Positions 8,927 to 18,498 of a stretch of 35,177 nt of DNA are shown here, in pieces. The notes below the pieces were generated by a model that ran no database searches, was not told the origin of the DNA, and was given only the letters and a program-made list of their open reading frames with translations. Position 1 is the stretch's first letter. Every line of letters begins with the position of its first letter. The stretch lies in sequence record DRR378314_1433; one strand, written 5' to 3'. Both the position numbers and the translations under genes were made by a program.

Positions 8927-9982
8927 TTACGCGGAGTAGGCGGCCGCGAGGTCCGGGTCCTTGCTGGCGACAAGGTCGGCCAAGTCTGAAATCACCTTGG
9001 CCTGTTTCCAGGTCGCGTCATCCTGCATCTTGCCGTCGATCATGGCGACGCCGGAGCCATCTGGCATGGCATCGAGGATCTTGCGGGCGAACTTCACTTC
9101 GTTCGGGTCCGGGCTGAACACTTTTTTCGCAACGGCGATCTGGTTCGGGTGCAGGCTCCATGTGCCGGAACAGCCGAGCAGGAAGGCGTTGCGGAACTGT
9201 TGCTCACAGGCGTCCAAGTCCGCAATGTCGCCAAACGGGCCGTAAAAGGCGTTGATGCCGGCCATTCGGCATGCATCGACCATACGGGCAATCGTATAGT
9301 GCCACGGGTCCTGCTGGGCCGAGGCGCGTGCGCTGCCGTCTTCGTTCGGATCATCGATGACGCGATAGAATGGATGTCCGCCGCCCACTCGGGTTGTTTT
9401 CATCTTGCGATCGGCGGCCAGGTCTGCAGGGCCGAGACTGATGCCTTGCATGCGGGGGCTTGCCAGGGCGATCTCTTCGACCCGGGCCATGCCCTGCGCT
9501 GTCTCGAGGATTGCGTGGAACAGGATCGGGCGGGTCAGACCGGCTTTCGCTTCCAATTGGGCAACGTATTGGTCCGCAAAATGAATATCCCAAGGGCCTT
9601 CGACCTTTGGCAACATAATGACGTCCAATTGATGCCCGGCTTTCAGGATGAGTTCGCTGACGTCTTCCTGAAACCAAGGAGAGTTGAGCGGATTTACGCG
9701 ACTCCAGAACCCGGTGCCGTTGCCCTGCCAGTCGTACATGGAGGCCATTTCGATTGCGCCAGCGCGGGCCGCATCCTTGGCATCAGCCGGAATGGCATCC
9801 TCGAGATTGGCCAGCATGACGTCCACACCCGCCGCCATTTGCGGTACCTTGGCGCGCACCTTGTCCAGATGTGGCGGGACGAAGTGAATCATCCGTTCCA
9901 GCCGGACCGGCAGGTCACGCATCGGGGCGGGGGCGCCGATGGCGAGAGGTTTGAAAAAGTCTCTTGGGGTTTTCGTGCTCAT
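8927..9982 (-). CDS. mcl: Malyl-CoA/beta-methylmalyl-CoA lyase (CitE-like family)
   Basis: [43 protein letters not shown] and DGKMQDDAT motifs; GGAGG RBS before MSTKTP. Confidence 0.85.
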   Translation of the reverse strand: MSTKTPRDFFKPLAIGAPAPMRDLPVRLERMIHFVPPHLDKVRAKVPQMAAGVDVMLANLEDAIPADAKDAARAGAIEMASMYDWQGNGTGFWSRVNPLNSPWFQEDVSELILKAGHQLDVIMLPKVEGPWDIHFADQYVAQLEAKAGLTRPILFHAILETAQGMARVEEIALASPRMQGISLGPADLAADRKMKTTRVGGGHPFYRVIDDPNEDGSARASAQQDPWHYTIARMVDACRMAGINAFYGPFGDIADLDACEQQFRNAFLLGCSGTWSLHPNQIAVAKKVFSPDPNEVKFARKILDAMPDGSGVAMIDGKMQDDATWKQAKVISDLADLVASKDPDLAAAYSA

Positions 9983-9993
9983 GCGTTCCTCCT

Positions 9994-10008
9994 TGTTGCG
10001 GCGCAACA
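9994..10008. promoter_or_regulatory. Palindromic operator, PhaR/AniA-like (TGC-N3-GCA core)
   Basis: TGTTGCG-G-CGCAACA directly upstream of the mcl RBS. Confidence 0.55.
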
Positions 10009-10046
10009 TAGAGGCAGCGCAAAGCGCGTCAATCAGCCAGAAAGGC

Positions 10047-10691
10047 TCACGTCTCGGATTCCTCCACGGAAAGGTTCATGCTGAAAGACCGCCGCTCCCC
10101 CGGCGTCTTGAACGGATAGACGCTGTGAAACATGTAGGATGGGAAGATATAAAAATCCCCGACACGTGGCCTGATCATGAAGTTGGATACCGAGTAATGG
10201 GTATCGGTTCCGTGTGCGAATTGCAGGTGCCCGTGGGTCGGGTGATGGTCGCGATCATCTTCTGCCCATTCCTCATCAATGCCCTCTGGTAGCTTCAGAT
10301 ATCCCACGCATGACAAAGCGCAGCCGGTATGGATGTGGAGAGGATTGTACTCATGCGCGTATTGACGCACGAACCAGCCTGCCATGACATTCAATTCAAA
10401 TCGTTTTGATCGATGGTCGTAGTCGCCAAAACTGCCGCGGCGGCTTGCACGCACATGATATTCGATCAGGGCGTTCCCCAAAGCGCCGGCAGTCGCATCG
10501 ACTAGGTGTTTCGGAAAGCGAAGTTCCTGACGAACCTTCCCGACCAGGCTCGCGGAATGGTCTTCCAACTGGTCGCTCATCGCTGCGTTAAGATGCTCGA
10601 CCAGCGCAGGTGGCATTCGCACGAAGCCCATCATTGGGCCGAACGGCGTAAAGAACTCTTTGTCTCCCGTAGGAGTGAATATGGCCGACAC
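10047..10691 (-). CDS. Putative 2OG-Fe(II) oxygenase
   Basis: [20 protein letters not shown] and ERRSFSMN (HxH...H...RxS pattern); GTG start with GGGAG RBS. Confidence 0.78.
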   Translation of the reverse strand: MSAIFTPTGDKEFFTPFGPMMGFVRMPPALVEHLNAAMSDQLEDHSASLVGKVRQELRFPKHLVDATAGALGNALIEYHVRASRRGSFGDYDHRSKRFELNVMAGWFVRQYAHEYNPLHIHTGCALSCVGYLKLPEGIDEEWAEDDRDHHPTHGHLQFAHGTDTHYSVSNFMIRPRVGDFYIFPSYMFHSVYPFKTPGERRSFSMNLSVEESET

Positions 10692-10768
10692 AGCGGACTC
10701 CCGTCACGCGGCCGCACACCACACCCGGTACGGTCTGATACTAAACTTCATTGAAACGCCCTGCCCGC

Positions 10769-10798
10769 TGTCTAGACGTGCGTTTGGGGAGGGGTCAA
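10769..10798 (-). promoter_or_regulatory. Putative sigma70 promoter for the oxygenase gene
   Basis: TTGACC-N18-TAGACA on the minus strand. Confidence 0.45.
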
Positions 10799-10842
10799 TG
10801 GCAGTTTGCCAACACCGCAAGATGACTTGTGGATAGAAGCTT

Positions 10843-10867
10843 GGAACAGGTTTCGGGATTGGACGTT
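10843..10867 (+). promoter_or_regulatory. EcfG/sigmaT general-stress promoter
   Basis: Exact GGAAC-N16-CGTT, ending 33 nt before the yqaE start codon. Confidence 0.75.
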
Positions 10868-10900
10868 GCAGAAGCAGACCATTTACAAAGGAAATCTGCC

Positions 10901-11074
10901 ATGTCCCTTCTTATGATTTTGCTCACAATCTTCCTGCCGCCGGTCGCTGTTGCCCTAAAGGAAGGTATCGGCGTTCAGTTCCTGATCAATTTGGTGCTGA
11001 CCCTGATCGGCTGGTTGCCGGGCGTTATTCACGCATTCTGGGTCGCAACGCGCGGATCAGCGTCCACGGTTTAA
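10901..11074 (+). CDS. yqaE: YqaE/Pmp3 family small membrane protein
   Basis: IFLPPVAV and LTLIGWLPGVIHAFWV motifs; AAGGA RBS. Confidence 0.92.
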   Translation: MSLLMILLTIFLPPVAVALKEGIGVQFLINLVLTLIGWLPGVIHAFWVATRGSASTV

Positions 11075-11075
11075 C

Positions 11076-11312
11076 TCAGGCGCTTTCTGAGTCGGACGCA
11101 GCTTCAATCACGGCTTCGGGGCGGGAAGCGCGGCGATAAATTGCAACCGCCAGCGCAGCAACACCGATTGCGGTAACGACCTCGCCACCGATGATGACAT
11201 TTACCCCTGCATGAAGCTCGGACAGAATTGCCCACGTCGCGGTCATGAAGGTGATCGCGGCGATTTCTGAGATCAGAAATGTCGGAATAAAGGCACTCAG
11301 GAAACGTTTCAT
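11076..11312 (-). CDS. Small hypothetical membrane protein with two hydrophobic segments
   Basis: 78-aa ORF filling the gap between yqaE and xerD, with two hydrophobic stretches. Confidence 0.7.
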   Translation of the reverse strand: MKRFLSAFIPTFLISEIAAITFMTATWAILSELHAGVNVIIGGEVVTAIGVAALAVAIYRRASRPEAVIEAASDSESA

Positions 11313-11401
11313 TGCGGGGCTCGTCCAGAATTGAGGGTGTCGTTGAGATCAGCATATCGGGAGTCGGTCTGATTTCGGCAATATGCGCTTACGCAGCCAG
11401 T

Positions 11402-12319
11402 TCAGCTTTTTTGCGCGAGCGGGTGAGCTGTTTCCAGAAGCTCTGCCAGCTCGTCAGTCAGAACATGCGTGTAGATCTGCGTGGTGGCGATATCTGCATG
11501 GCCAAGAAGCGTTTGAACGCTCCGCAAATCCGCGCCGCCCATCAACAGATGCGTTGCATAGGCGTGGCGAAGTGCGTGCGGGTGTACGCGGTCTGGTCGA
11601 ATGTTCGCCGAATGCGCAAGGGATTCGAGTAATTGGCCCAGCCGCCTGCGCGTCAGGTGGCCCGATTTTCCACGGGATGGAAACACAAAACCTTCTGCCC
11701 TGTCACGCGCAAGTGATCCTCCGGGCAGGTGTGTTTCCCGGATCGAGAGCCAATTCGACAAGGCATGCAGAGCTGGACGTCCCAACGGGCAAAGCCGCTC
11801 CTTGCCACCTTTTCCTCGAACGATCACGTCAGTTGTGATCCAGCGATCACCCTTCCGGCGTGGTAACTCGCCCAGCTTCAACGAGACAAGCTCGGTGGCG
11901 CGCAGGCCAGCGCCGTAGAGCATTTCAACAAGACAGGTCAGCCTGAGGTCATCGGCGCAAGCTGCGAGCAACGCCGCCATTTCTTCGCGAGACAGCACAT
12001 CCGGCACATCTCGTGAAGGCTTCGGACCGTCGACCTTTGCGGTTGGGTCATCCTTGCGGTCGCCTTCTTCAAACAGGAAGCGGAAGAATCGGCGAACGGC
12101 AGACAGCTTGCGTGCCTGGGAAGAGGGGGCCATGCCGCGACTGGACAGGTCCCGCAGCCAGCCCGAAATGTCTGACCCGTCCGCGTCGCACAACGCGCCG
12201 CCGCAATACTCGGAGGCGTCCAGCAGATCGCGCCCATACGCATCCAGCGTGTTGGTCGATGAGCCGCGTTCGGCGGACATCATTTCAAGAAAGGCTTCGA
12301 TGCGAGCGCGGTCGGTCAT
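11402..12319 (-). CDS. xerD: Tyrosine recombinase XerD
   Basis: AERG..NTLDAYGRDL, GLRATEL, GKGGKER, HALRHAYATH, LLGH and TTQIYTH motifs. Location near aroK matches alphaproteobacterial xerD. Confidence 0.9.
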   Translation of the reverse strand: MTDRARIEAFLEMMSAERGSSTNTLDAYGRDLLDASEYCGGALCDADGSDISGWLRDLSSRGMAPSSQARKLSAVRRFFRFLFEEGDRKDDPTAKVDGPKPSRDVPDVLSREEMAALLAACADDLRLTCLVEMLYGAGLRATELVSLKLGELPRRKGDRWITTDVIVRGKGGKERLCPLGRPALHALSNWLSIRETHLPGGSLARDRAEGFVFPSRGKSGHLTRRRLGQLLESLAHSANIRPDRVHPHALRHAYATHLLMGGADLRSVQTLLGHADIATTQIYTHVLTDELAELLETAHPLAQKS

Positions 12320-12359
12320 GCCCGCATCATTGCACCTAGCCCTTTCGAGCGTGTGAATG

Positions 12360-13961
12360 TCAGGATGCTTTCCAGTACCCTGCAGCTTCCAGTGCCATTT
12401 CCCGGGCTGCGTCCTCTGCGCCAATGCGTTCGAGCGCGTTCAGCAAGAGCACAAGGCTTGCATTGTCCAGCGCTGTCGGGTCGCCTTTGGTCATGCCCAC
12501 GGTCGATAGAATGACTTCACCTGCAGCGTCGGCTTCGGCAGCGCCGAGAATGCGCAGCAGATGGGGGGTGATGGCTGCGCTCGTGTCGCTGTCCGGCGCT
12601 TCCACCACCATGCGGCGTGCATCTGCAGGGGGCGCGATGCCCATTGCAGTCCACAAGGCAAACAAGCGAACGGCAGACCGTTTTTGCGCATCGGTTTCGG
12701 CTTGGGCAGCCAGTCTCACCCCGGCATAGGCGATTTCGCTTCGCGACGCGTCCAACCCGGCGAGGATCAGCAGCGCTGACATGAAGGCGGAATCAAAGCT
12801 TCCGTCTTCTGGTGCGCCTTCCATGGTGTTGGCACCAGCCCATTTCTGCGCCGTTTCAAGCTCACCGGCGGCGAGAGAGGCCCGGGCAAAGACCGCAGCG
12901 CTTGCCGCTGTGGATGAATTTATCGGCAGGCGCGCGATTTCGGGCCAGAGAAGACGGGCAACCGCATCAAAATGGGCCGGTGTGTCTGTCGCTTCCTGCA
13001 GCGCAGCGGCTAGAGCAAAGCTGCGATCCTCATCGGTGACGAGTGGATCGCGCGCCGCAAACAGGGCGCTCTCCAATGGGGTCGTCGGGACAAATTTCCG
13101 CTCTGACAGCATATCCAGGAATAGCGTTCTGTAGTCATTTGTCGCCAGCATGTCGGATTTTGTCGCCATATGTGCCGCTTTGACGCGCAACTCGACGGGC
13201 AAGTTGCGATGCATCGCTATGGCCGCCGACAAATCCGGGCGATTGGCGGGGATCGGGTCTGCCGGAGGGGTGAGGCCAGCCTTGGCGGAAATGGCGAGAT
13301 TCAGCCCCGACGAATAGTCGGCTTCAGGTGGCTCTGGTAGTTCGCCGGATGTCGCGAACACGGCAGCGAGCAGCCAGGAATCGACAGCGTTCTGCTGCAG
13401 CGCCATTTCAATTGCCAATTCCGCACCGGCTGAGTTGCCCTCGAGAGCCGCGCAAACCGCGCGCAGTTTCGCCCAATATCCGGAAAGCCGATCCGGATCG
13501 TTCAGCATGGCGCAGGCAGTAGCCTCATTGCCGAGCGCGAGATTCACGTCTGCAATGATTTCGTCTGCATTCATGCCGGGCGGGGGGGTGTCGAGGCGCG
13601 CCATCAGGCTTGCTGCAGCTTCGGCTTCGCCCAGATCGTACATGATGCGAGCGCGTTCGGCGCGCAAATGCGGTTCCTGAATTCCGGAAGGCGGTGTTGC
13701 CGGCGACAATGCCATGCGGCGCATCAGGGTGCGTTCTGCCGGGGTCAGGTCATGTGTGCGGACATCGCGCATCAAGGGCAGCAAATCGTCTGCATCGGAT
13801 GCGCGCCACATATCCGTCGGAAGGGAAGGCTCACCCGCTTCGAGGAAGCTCATGCCCCAGGGATTGACCAGCTCCAGGCCAGAATCCTCAATCTGAGCGC
13901 TGGCAAATTGCCCAACACCCAAGGCAAGGAGGGTGGCGGTAAGTGCGACCCTAAAGGACAT
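12360..13961 (-). CDS. Exported alanine-rich helical hypothetical protein
   Basis: Signal peptide MSFRVALTATLLALGVGQFASA; GAGG RBS; long ORF with host-like codon usage. Confidence 0.82.
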   Translation of the reverse strand: MSFRVALTATLLALGVGQFASAQIEDSGLELVNPWGMSFLEAGEPSLPTDMWRASDADDLLPLMRDVRTHDLTPAERTLMRRMALSPATPPSGIQEPHLRAERARIMYDLGEAEAAASLMARLDTPPPGMNADEIIADVNLALGNEATACAMLNDPDRLSGYWAKLRAVCAALEGNSAGAELAIEMALQQNAVDSWLLAAVFATSGELPEPPEADYSSGLNLAISAKAGLTPPADPIPANRPDLSAAIAMHRNLPVELRVKAAHMATKSDMLATNDYRTLFLDMLSERKFVPTTPLESALFAARDPLVTDEDRSFALAAALQEATDTPAHFDAVARLLWPEIARLPINSSTAASAAVFARASLAAGELETAQKWAGANTMEGAPEDGSFDSAFMSALLILAGLDASRSEIAYAGVRLAAQAETDAQKRSAVRLFALWTAMGIAPPADARRMVVEAPDSDTSAAITPHLLRILGAAEADAAGEVILSTVGMTKGDPTALDNASLVLLLNALERIGAEDAAREMALEAAGYWKAS

Positions 13962-14085
13962 CGTCGACCTCGATGCGAATCTCGCCGGGTTCAGGCTTGC
14001 CCTTTTCCGCTTGTCCGCCGAGCCACCAAGCAACACCGAGAACAAGGATTGCCAGCAGGCCTAAAAGGATCAGAAACTTGCGCAT
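13951..14085 (-). CDS. Small single-pass membrane protein, 44 aa, absent from the ORF track
   Basis: Manual translation gives MRKFLILLGLLAILVLGVAWWLGGQAEKGKPEPGEIRIEVDDVL*. AGGGG RBS; overlaps the next start by 11 nt. Confidence 0.78.
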   Translation of the reverse strand: MRKFLILLGLLAILVLGVAWWLGGQAEKGKPEPGEIRIEVDDVL

Positions 14086-14180
14086 GCCTAATTACCCCTA
14101 GATACAGAATTTCGGCGCTGGATTGCGAACGCGCCGCAGCAACTATAGGACAAGAACCGAACGGAGCCCGAAAGTCCAGA

Positions 14181-14753
14181 ATGCCATCTGATAGTGACAG
14201 TACTTCCAGACCCGATGGCGCGACATTGCCTTACATGTCGCGGACGGTCGCGCTCGTGGGATTGATGGGGGCAGGAAAATCCACGGTTGGCCGCAGGCTG
14301 GCAGACAAGCTGGGCCGTGAATTTTACGATAGTGATTCGGAGATCGAGAAGGCGGCGGGCCTGTCGATCACCGATATCTTCGCGCTGCACGGTGAAGAAG
14401 ATTTCAGAAGAGGGGAACAGCAGGTGTTGAAACGCCTGCTGGAGCAGCCGCCACATGTGCTTGCTACGGGCGGCGGCGCGTACCTGAACGCAGAAACACG
14501 CGAATTGATGCGCGATAATGCTGTCACTATCTGGCTGAATGCGGATCTCGAAACCCTGTGGCGGCGGGTTCAGAAACGCGATACGCGCCCGCTGCTGCGG
14601 CGGCCGGATGCGAAGGATGTCCTGACCAGCCTTTTGGCTGAGCGCGAGCCAATCTATTCGCAAGCCGATTTGGTGGTGCCATCGAAGGATGGTCCGCACA
14701 TCAATACAGTCAACGCCATCTACAAAGCCCTTCAGACATGGACGCCGAAGTGA
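14181..14753 (+). CDS. aroK: Shikimate kinase
   Basis: [10 protein letters not shown]-loop, DSD, GEEDFR, LATGGG and RPLL motifs. Confidence 0.95.
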   Translation: MPSDSDSTSRPDGATLPYMSRTVALVGLMGAGKSTVGRRLADKLGREFYDSDSEIEKAAGLSITDIFALHGEEDFRRGEQQVLKRLLEQPPHVLATGGGAYLNAETRELMRDNAVTIWLNADLETLWRRVQKRDTRPLLRRPDAKDVLTSLLAEREPIYSQADLVVPSKDGPHINTVNAIYKALQTWTPK

Positions 14754-15880
14754 CCACAACCCTTTCCCCACTTGATACGGTGACCGTAGACCTCGCGGAT
14801 CGCAGCTACGACATTCTTGTTGGTCATGGTGCGCTTGACCGGTTGGGGGAGCGTCTGACGCCGATGCTGAAACAGCCACGCGTCTTTGTGCTGACAGATG
14901 AAACCGTAGAGCGGATACATCGTCATCGGCTTGACGAAGCGCTTGCCCCGACGGGCGTGACGACAATCTGGAAGTCCCTCCTGCCAGGAGAGAAAACGAA
15001 ATCCTTCTCCAATCTCGAAGACATACTGGATTGGCTGTTGGAATCATCAGCAGACCGCGGCGACGTATTGATCGCGCTCGGCGGCGGCGTGATCGGTGAC
15101 ATCACCGGGCTGGCGGCCAGCTTGATGAAGCGGGGCATGAAGTTCGTTCAGGTGCCGACGACTCTGTTGGCGCAGGTGGATTCTTCTGTCGGGGGCAAGA
15201 CCGCCGTGAACACGCCGCGCGGCAAGAACATGATCGGCGCTTTCTATCAGCCCCAACTGGTCATTGCAGACACGGCACTGCTCGAAACCCTGCCTGCGCG
15301 AGAGCTGCGGGCTGGCTATGCAGAGATTGTGAAGTACGGCCTGATCAATGATCCGGAGTTTTTCGCCTGGCTCGAGGCGAATGGCGAAGCGGTCCTGGCG
15401 TTGGAGGCCGAAGCCATCACGCATGCTGTCGCCACATCCTGCCGTGCGAAAGCGGCGATCGTTGCCGAAGATGAACGCGAAACCGGCGCGCGAGCCCTGT
15501 TGAATCTGGGGCATACATTCGGCCATGCGCTTGAGGCCGCGAACGGGTATGCCCCTGATTTGTTGCATGGTGAAGCGGTCGCCATCGGCATGGCGCTCGC
15601 CTTCCGCTTTGGTGCGTCTCAAGGGCTTACGCCGCAGACGGATGCCGATCGCGTGACCGCACATCTGAAGGCGACGGGCCTTCAATATGCGATTCCAGGA
15701 CGACAGGGCGGGCCATATACAGCTGCTCGTCTGGTCGAACTGATGCAGCAGGACAAGAAGGCAAGCGGTGGCCGTGTGCCGCTCATCCTCGCAAGAGGCA
15801 TTGGCCAATCCTACATCCACAATGATGCAGACTTATCCCTTGTCGAAGCATTTCTCAGCAACGAATTGCTGGAGACCTGA
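14750..15880 (+). CDS. aroB: 3-dehydroquinate synthase
   Basis: [40 protein letters not shown] and HGEAV motifs. GTGA start/stop overlap with aroK. Confidence 0.96.
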   Translation: MTTTLSPLDTVTVDLADRSYDILVGHGALDRLGERLTPMLKQPRVFVLTDETVERIHRHRLDEALAPTGVTTIWKSLLPGEKTKSFSNLEDILDWLLESSADRGDVLIALGGGVIGDITGLAASLMKRGMKFVQVPTTLLAQVDSSVGGKTAVNTPRGKNMIGAFYQPQLVIADTALLETLPARELRAGYAEIVKYGLINDPEFFAWLEANGEAVLALEAEAITHAVATSCRAKAAIVAEDERETGARALLNLGHTFGHALEAANGYAPDLLHGEAVAIGMALAFRFGASQGLTPQTDADRVTAHLKATGLQYAIPGRQGGPYTAARLVELMQQDKKASGGRVPLILARGIGQSYIHNDADLSLVEAFLSNELLET

Positions 15881-15904
15881 TCCTCTCGCCATGAGACCCA
15901 CACC

Positions 15905-17167
15905 ATGATTATCGGTTATGCCATTTCCATCCTGCTGCTGCTTGGCATGTCAGGCTTTTTTTCTGGTTCGGAAACCGCACTGACAGCGGCGTCGCGCGCC
16001 CGAATGCACCAATTGGAGAAGGATGGCGACAAGCGTGCCGCAACGGTGAACCGGTTGATCTCCAATCGGGAAAACCTGATCGGGGCGATCCTGCTCGGCA
16101 ACAATCTCGTGAACATTCTTGCCTCGGTTCTGGCCACGTCGCTGTTTACGGCGCTGTTTGGCCAGGGCGGGTTGGCCCTTGTCATGGCGACGGGCGTCAT
16201 GACCATTCTTGTGCTGGTGTTCGCCGAAGTGTTGCCGAAGACGTATGCGATTTCACGTCCGGATACGATGGCAATGAGTGTGGCCAGACCGATCAGCGCC
16301 CTGGTTCTTGCCGTGTCGTGGATCGTCGTCCTGATCCAGTTTGTGGTCAGCGTGACGCTTCGTGTGCTCGGTCTTGGTACTCCGGCGGAAGCGGTTTCTG
16401 CGGAACAGGAAATTCGAGGCGCGATTGATCTCCACGCATCCGAGGGCGGTGTGGGCGCCGAAGACCGGCTGCGCCTTGTTGGCGCGCTGGACCTGAAGGA
16501 ACTGACCGTCGAAGACGTCATGATCCACCGCAAGAACATCAAGATGCTGAATGCGGATCTCGAGCCGCGCCAGCTTATCATGAAGGCCATGGCGAGCCCG
16601 CACACGCGCTTGCCGCTCTATCGCGGCGAGAAGGAAGAGATTGTCGGCATTCTGCACGCAAAAGACCTGTTGCGCGCTGCGTTGCCCCTTGGCGGAGACT
16701 TGTCGTCGCTCAATCTTGAAGACCTGCTTCGCAAGCCGTGGTTCGTTCCGGAGACAACGCCAGTTCAGGATCAGCTCGATGCGTTCCTGCAAAAGCGGAG
16801 TCACTTTGCACTCGTCGTGGACGAGTATGGCGAGCTCCAGGGACTGATCACGCTCGAGGATATTCTCGAAGAGATCGTCGGCCACATCCATGATGAGCAT
16901 GACGTGGCGGTGCAGGGCGTGCGCCCGCAGCCGAATGGGTCTGTGAATGTTGATGGCTGGGTCCCTATTCGGGACTTAAATCGCGCGACCGGATGGAATT
17001 TGCCCGACGAGGAGGCCGTGACGGTCGCGGGTCTCGTTATTCATGAGGCGCAAACCATCCCTGAGCCAGGCCAAAGCTTTGTGTTCCACGGGTATCGGTT
17101 CAACGTGTTGCGCCGACAGCGCAATCAAGTGACCGGCCTGAATATCTCAGAGGCCGAGACGAGCTGA
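15905..17167 (+). CDS. HlyC/CorC (CNNM-CBS-CorC) family membrane protein
   Basis: SGFFSGSETA, AEVLPK, HTRLPLY and VVDEYG...TLEDILEEIVG motifs. Confidence 0.93.
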   Translation: MIIGYAISILLLLGMSGFFSGSETALTAASRARMHQLEKDGDKRAATVNRLISNRENLIGAILLGNNLVNILASVLATSLFTALFGQGGLALVMATGVMTILVLVFAEVLPKTYAISRPDTMAMSVARPISALVLAVSWIVVLIQFVVSVTLRVLGLGTPAEAVSAEQEIRGAIDLHASEGGVGAEDRLRLVGALDLKELTVEDVMIHRKNIKMLNADLEPRQLIMKAMASPHTRLPLYRGEKEEIVGILHAKDLLRAALPLGGDLSSLNLEDLLRKPWFVPETTPVQDQLDAFLQKRSHFALVVDEYGELQGLITLEDILEEIVGHIHDEHDVAVQGVRPQPNGSVNVDGWVPIRDLNRATGWNLPDEEAVTVAGLVIHEAQTIPEPGQSFVFHGYRFNVLRRQRNQVTGLNISEAETS

Positions 17168-17494
17168 TTCGGTTTTCCGGCTGGCCATCTGCAGCGTATC
17201 GGCTGGGTCTTCGTCGCACCCATTGGCCTTCAGCCAGTTCTTTTCGTTCAAGGACACGATGTGGGCCGAATTCGGATCGGGATTGTCCATCGCGATGACC
17301 GCCCACTCCCCCTGAAGGGTTGGAATATCATGCGAAACCGGCACGAAGACGATTTCGCGATCTGGTGTGCAAACCGTGTCGCGAATCCAGTGCATCATGC
17401 CCAGATTCATCTCATCAGATGCAGGCTCGGCGCTCGCTGAACCCATGAACATTGCGCCCGCAGCTGCGGCGATCATCAATTCTCTTACCATCAC
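17147..17494 (-). CDS. Hypothetical secreted protein
   Basis: Signal-like N-terminus ending SASA; GAGGAG RBS; two cysteines. Confidence 0.72.
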   Translation of the reverse strand: MMVRELMIAAAAGAMFMGSASAEPASDEMNLGMMHWIRDTVCTPDREIVFVPVSHDIPTLQGEWAVIAMDNPDPNSAHIVSLNEKNWLKANGCDEDPADTLQMASRKTESARLGL

Positions 17495-17520
17495 CCGTTC
17501 TCCTCGACGGCTGTGGAATT

Positions 17521-17545
17521 AATGAACGAGTCATAATTCGGTTCC
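17521..17545 (-). promoter_or_regulatory. Putative EcfG-like promoter
   Basis: GGAAC-N16-CATT on the minus strand, about 26 nt upstream of the start codon. Confidence 0.5.
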
Positions 17546-17569
17546 GCCAGAAGATAGGAAATTCAAGAA

Positions 17570-17842
17570 TCAGGCCGGTTTCGCCTTCAGCGCAAGAGCA
17601 TGAAGCCCGGTATCGAATTCAGGCTGCAATACCAGCATAACGGCACGCTGCGTCTGGACGCGGGACAATCCTTCGAATGCAGCGGATGTGATTCGCACGG
17701 AATAATGGGTTTCGCCACCCGGTGCGGCCCCGGCATGCCCGGCGTGTTTGTGGCTATCATCCGTGATTTCGAGCTCTGTGGGTTCGAAAGCCTCGGTCAA
17801 AAGGTCACGAATTCGCGATAACCTGTCACTTGGCGGTGGCAT
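17570..17842 (-). CDS. bolA: BolA family protein
   Basis: DDSHKHAGH, GETHY, FEGLSRV and LHALAL motifs; AGGAG RBS before MPPPSD. Confidence 0.93.
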   Translation of the reverse strand: MPPPSDRLSRIRDLLTEAFEPTELEITDDSHKHAGHAGAAPGGETHYSVRITSAAFEGLSRVQTQRAVMLVLQPEFDTGLHALALKAKPA

Positions 17843-17873
17843 CTTTAACCTGCTCTCCTTATTATGCCGGGCC

Positions 17874-18497
17874 ATGTCAGACAGTGACCCATTTTCCTAT
17901 CGCGTGAAGTTCAAGGATATACGCATCAAGCCTCCCAAAGACGAGGCTTCACGTGCGCGTGCCCAGAAGACTCGTGTTTGTGACCACAAGGAATGCGACC
18001 TTGAGGGGACGCATCCTGCGCCGAAACGCAAAGGAAATGGACGCCATTGGTTCTGTCAGGTTCATGCGGCGGAATACAATCGCAGCTTCAACTTCTTCGA
18101 AGGTATGTCGGAGGCGGAAGCCGCGTCCTTTGCCCGTCAGGAGCGGTTTGGCCACAAGCGTACCTGGAAATTTGGAACAGGTCCGCTGGCGGGAGAAAAG
18201 AGCGCTCAGAAGCTTGATCCGCGCCGCTGGGCGGGTAGCCGGTTCTTCAACATGGATGACGTGGCAAATGGCGAGGCCGCGAGTTCGAGCAACCGCAATA
18301 CGCTTCAGACCCGCGCATTGAAGGAACTGGATCTCGAAACAGACGCGACGCCAGCGCAAATCCGTGCGCGCTACGCGGAATATGTGCGGCGGTTCCATCC
18401 GGATTCGAACAAGGGTGACCGTTCTTCGGAGCACAAGCTGCAACGCGTCCTGCGCGCAGGAAAGCTGCTGAAGGCCGCGGGCCTGATGAAAGGCTGA
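17874..18497 (+). CDS. Class C J-domain protein with N-terminal Cys/His cluster
   Basis: CDHKEC...WFCQVH, YNRSFNFF, and a C-terminal J domain with FHPD. Confidence 0.88.
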   Translation: MSDSDPFSYRVKFKDIRIKPPKDEASRARAQKTRVCDHKECDLEGTHPAPKRKGNGRHWFCQVHAAEYNRSFNFFEGMSEAEAASFARQERFGHKRTWKFGTGPLAGEKSAQKLDPRRWAGSRFFNMDDVANGEAASSSNRNTLQTRALKELDLETDATPAQIRARYAEYVRRFHPDSNKGDRSSEHKLQRVLRAGKLLKAAGLMKG

Positions 18498-18498
18498 G

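Noticed and set aside
8927..9982. mcl plus a carboxyltransferase as evidence for the autotrophic 3-hydroxypropionate bicycle
   Set aside because: No malonyl-CoA reductase or propionyl-CoA synthase is in the window. Heterotrophic assimilation explains the genes.
11402..12319. Tyrosine recombinase as a possible prophage or island integrase
   Set aside because: Sequence and context fit housekeeping XerD. I saw no att repeats, tRNA, phage genes or compositional shift.
13668..14180. Long N-terminal extension of aroK in the ORF track, and similar extensions on hisH, the GNAT, xerD, the J-domain gene, yqaE and SCP2
   Set aside because: These come from longest-ORF calling. They overlap neighbouring genes or promoters, and family motifs start downstream.
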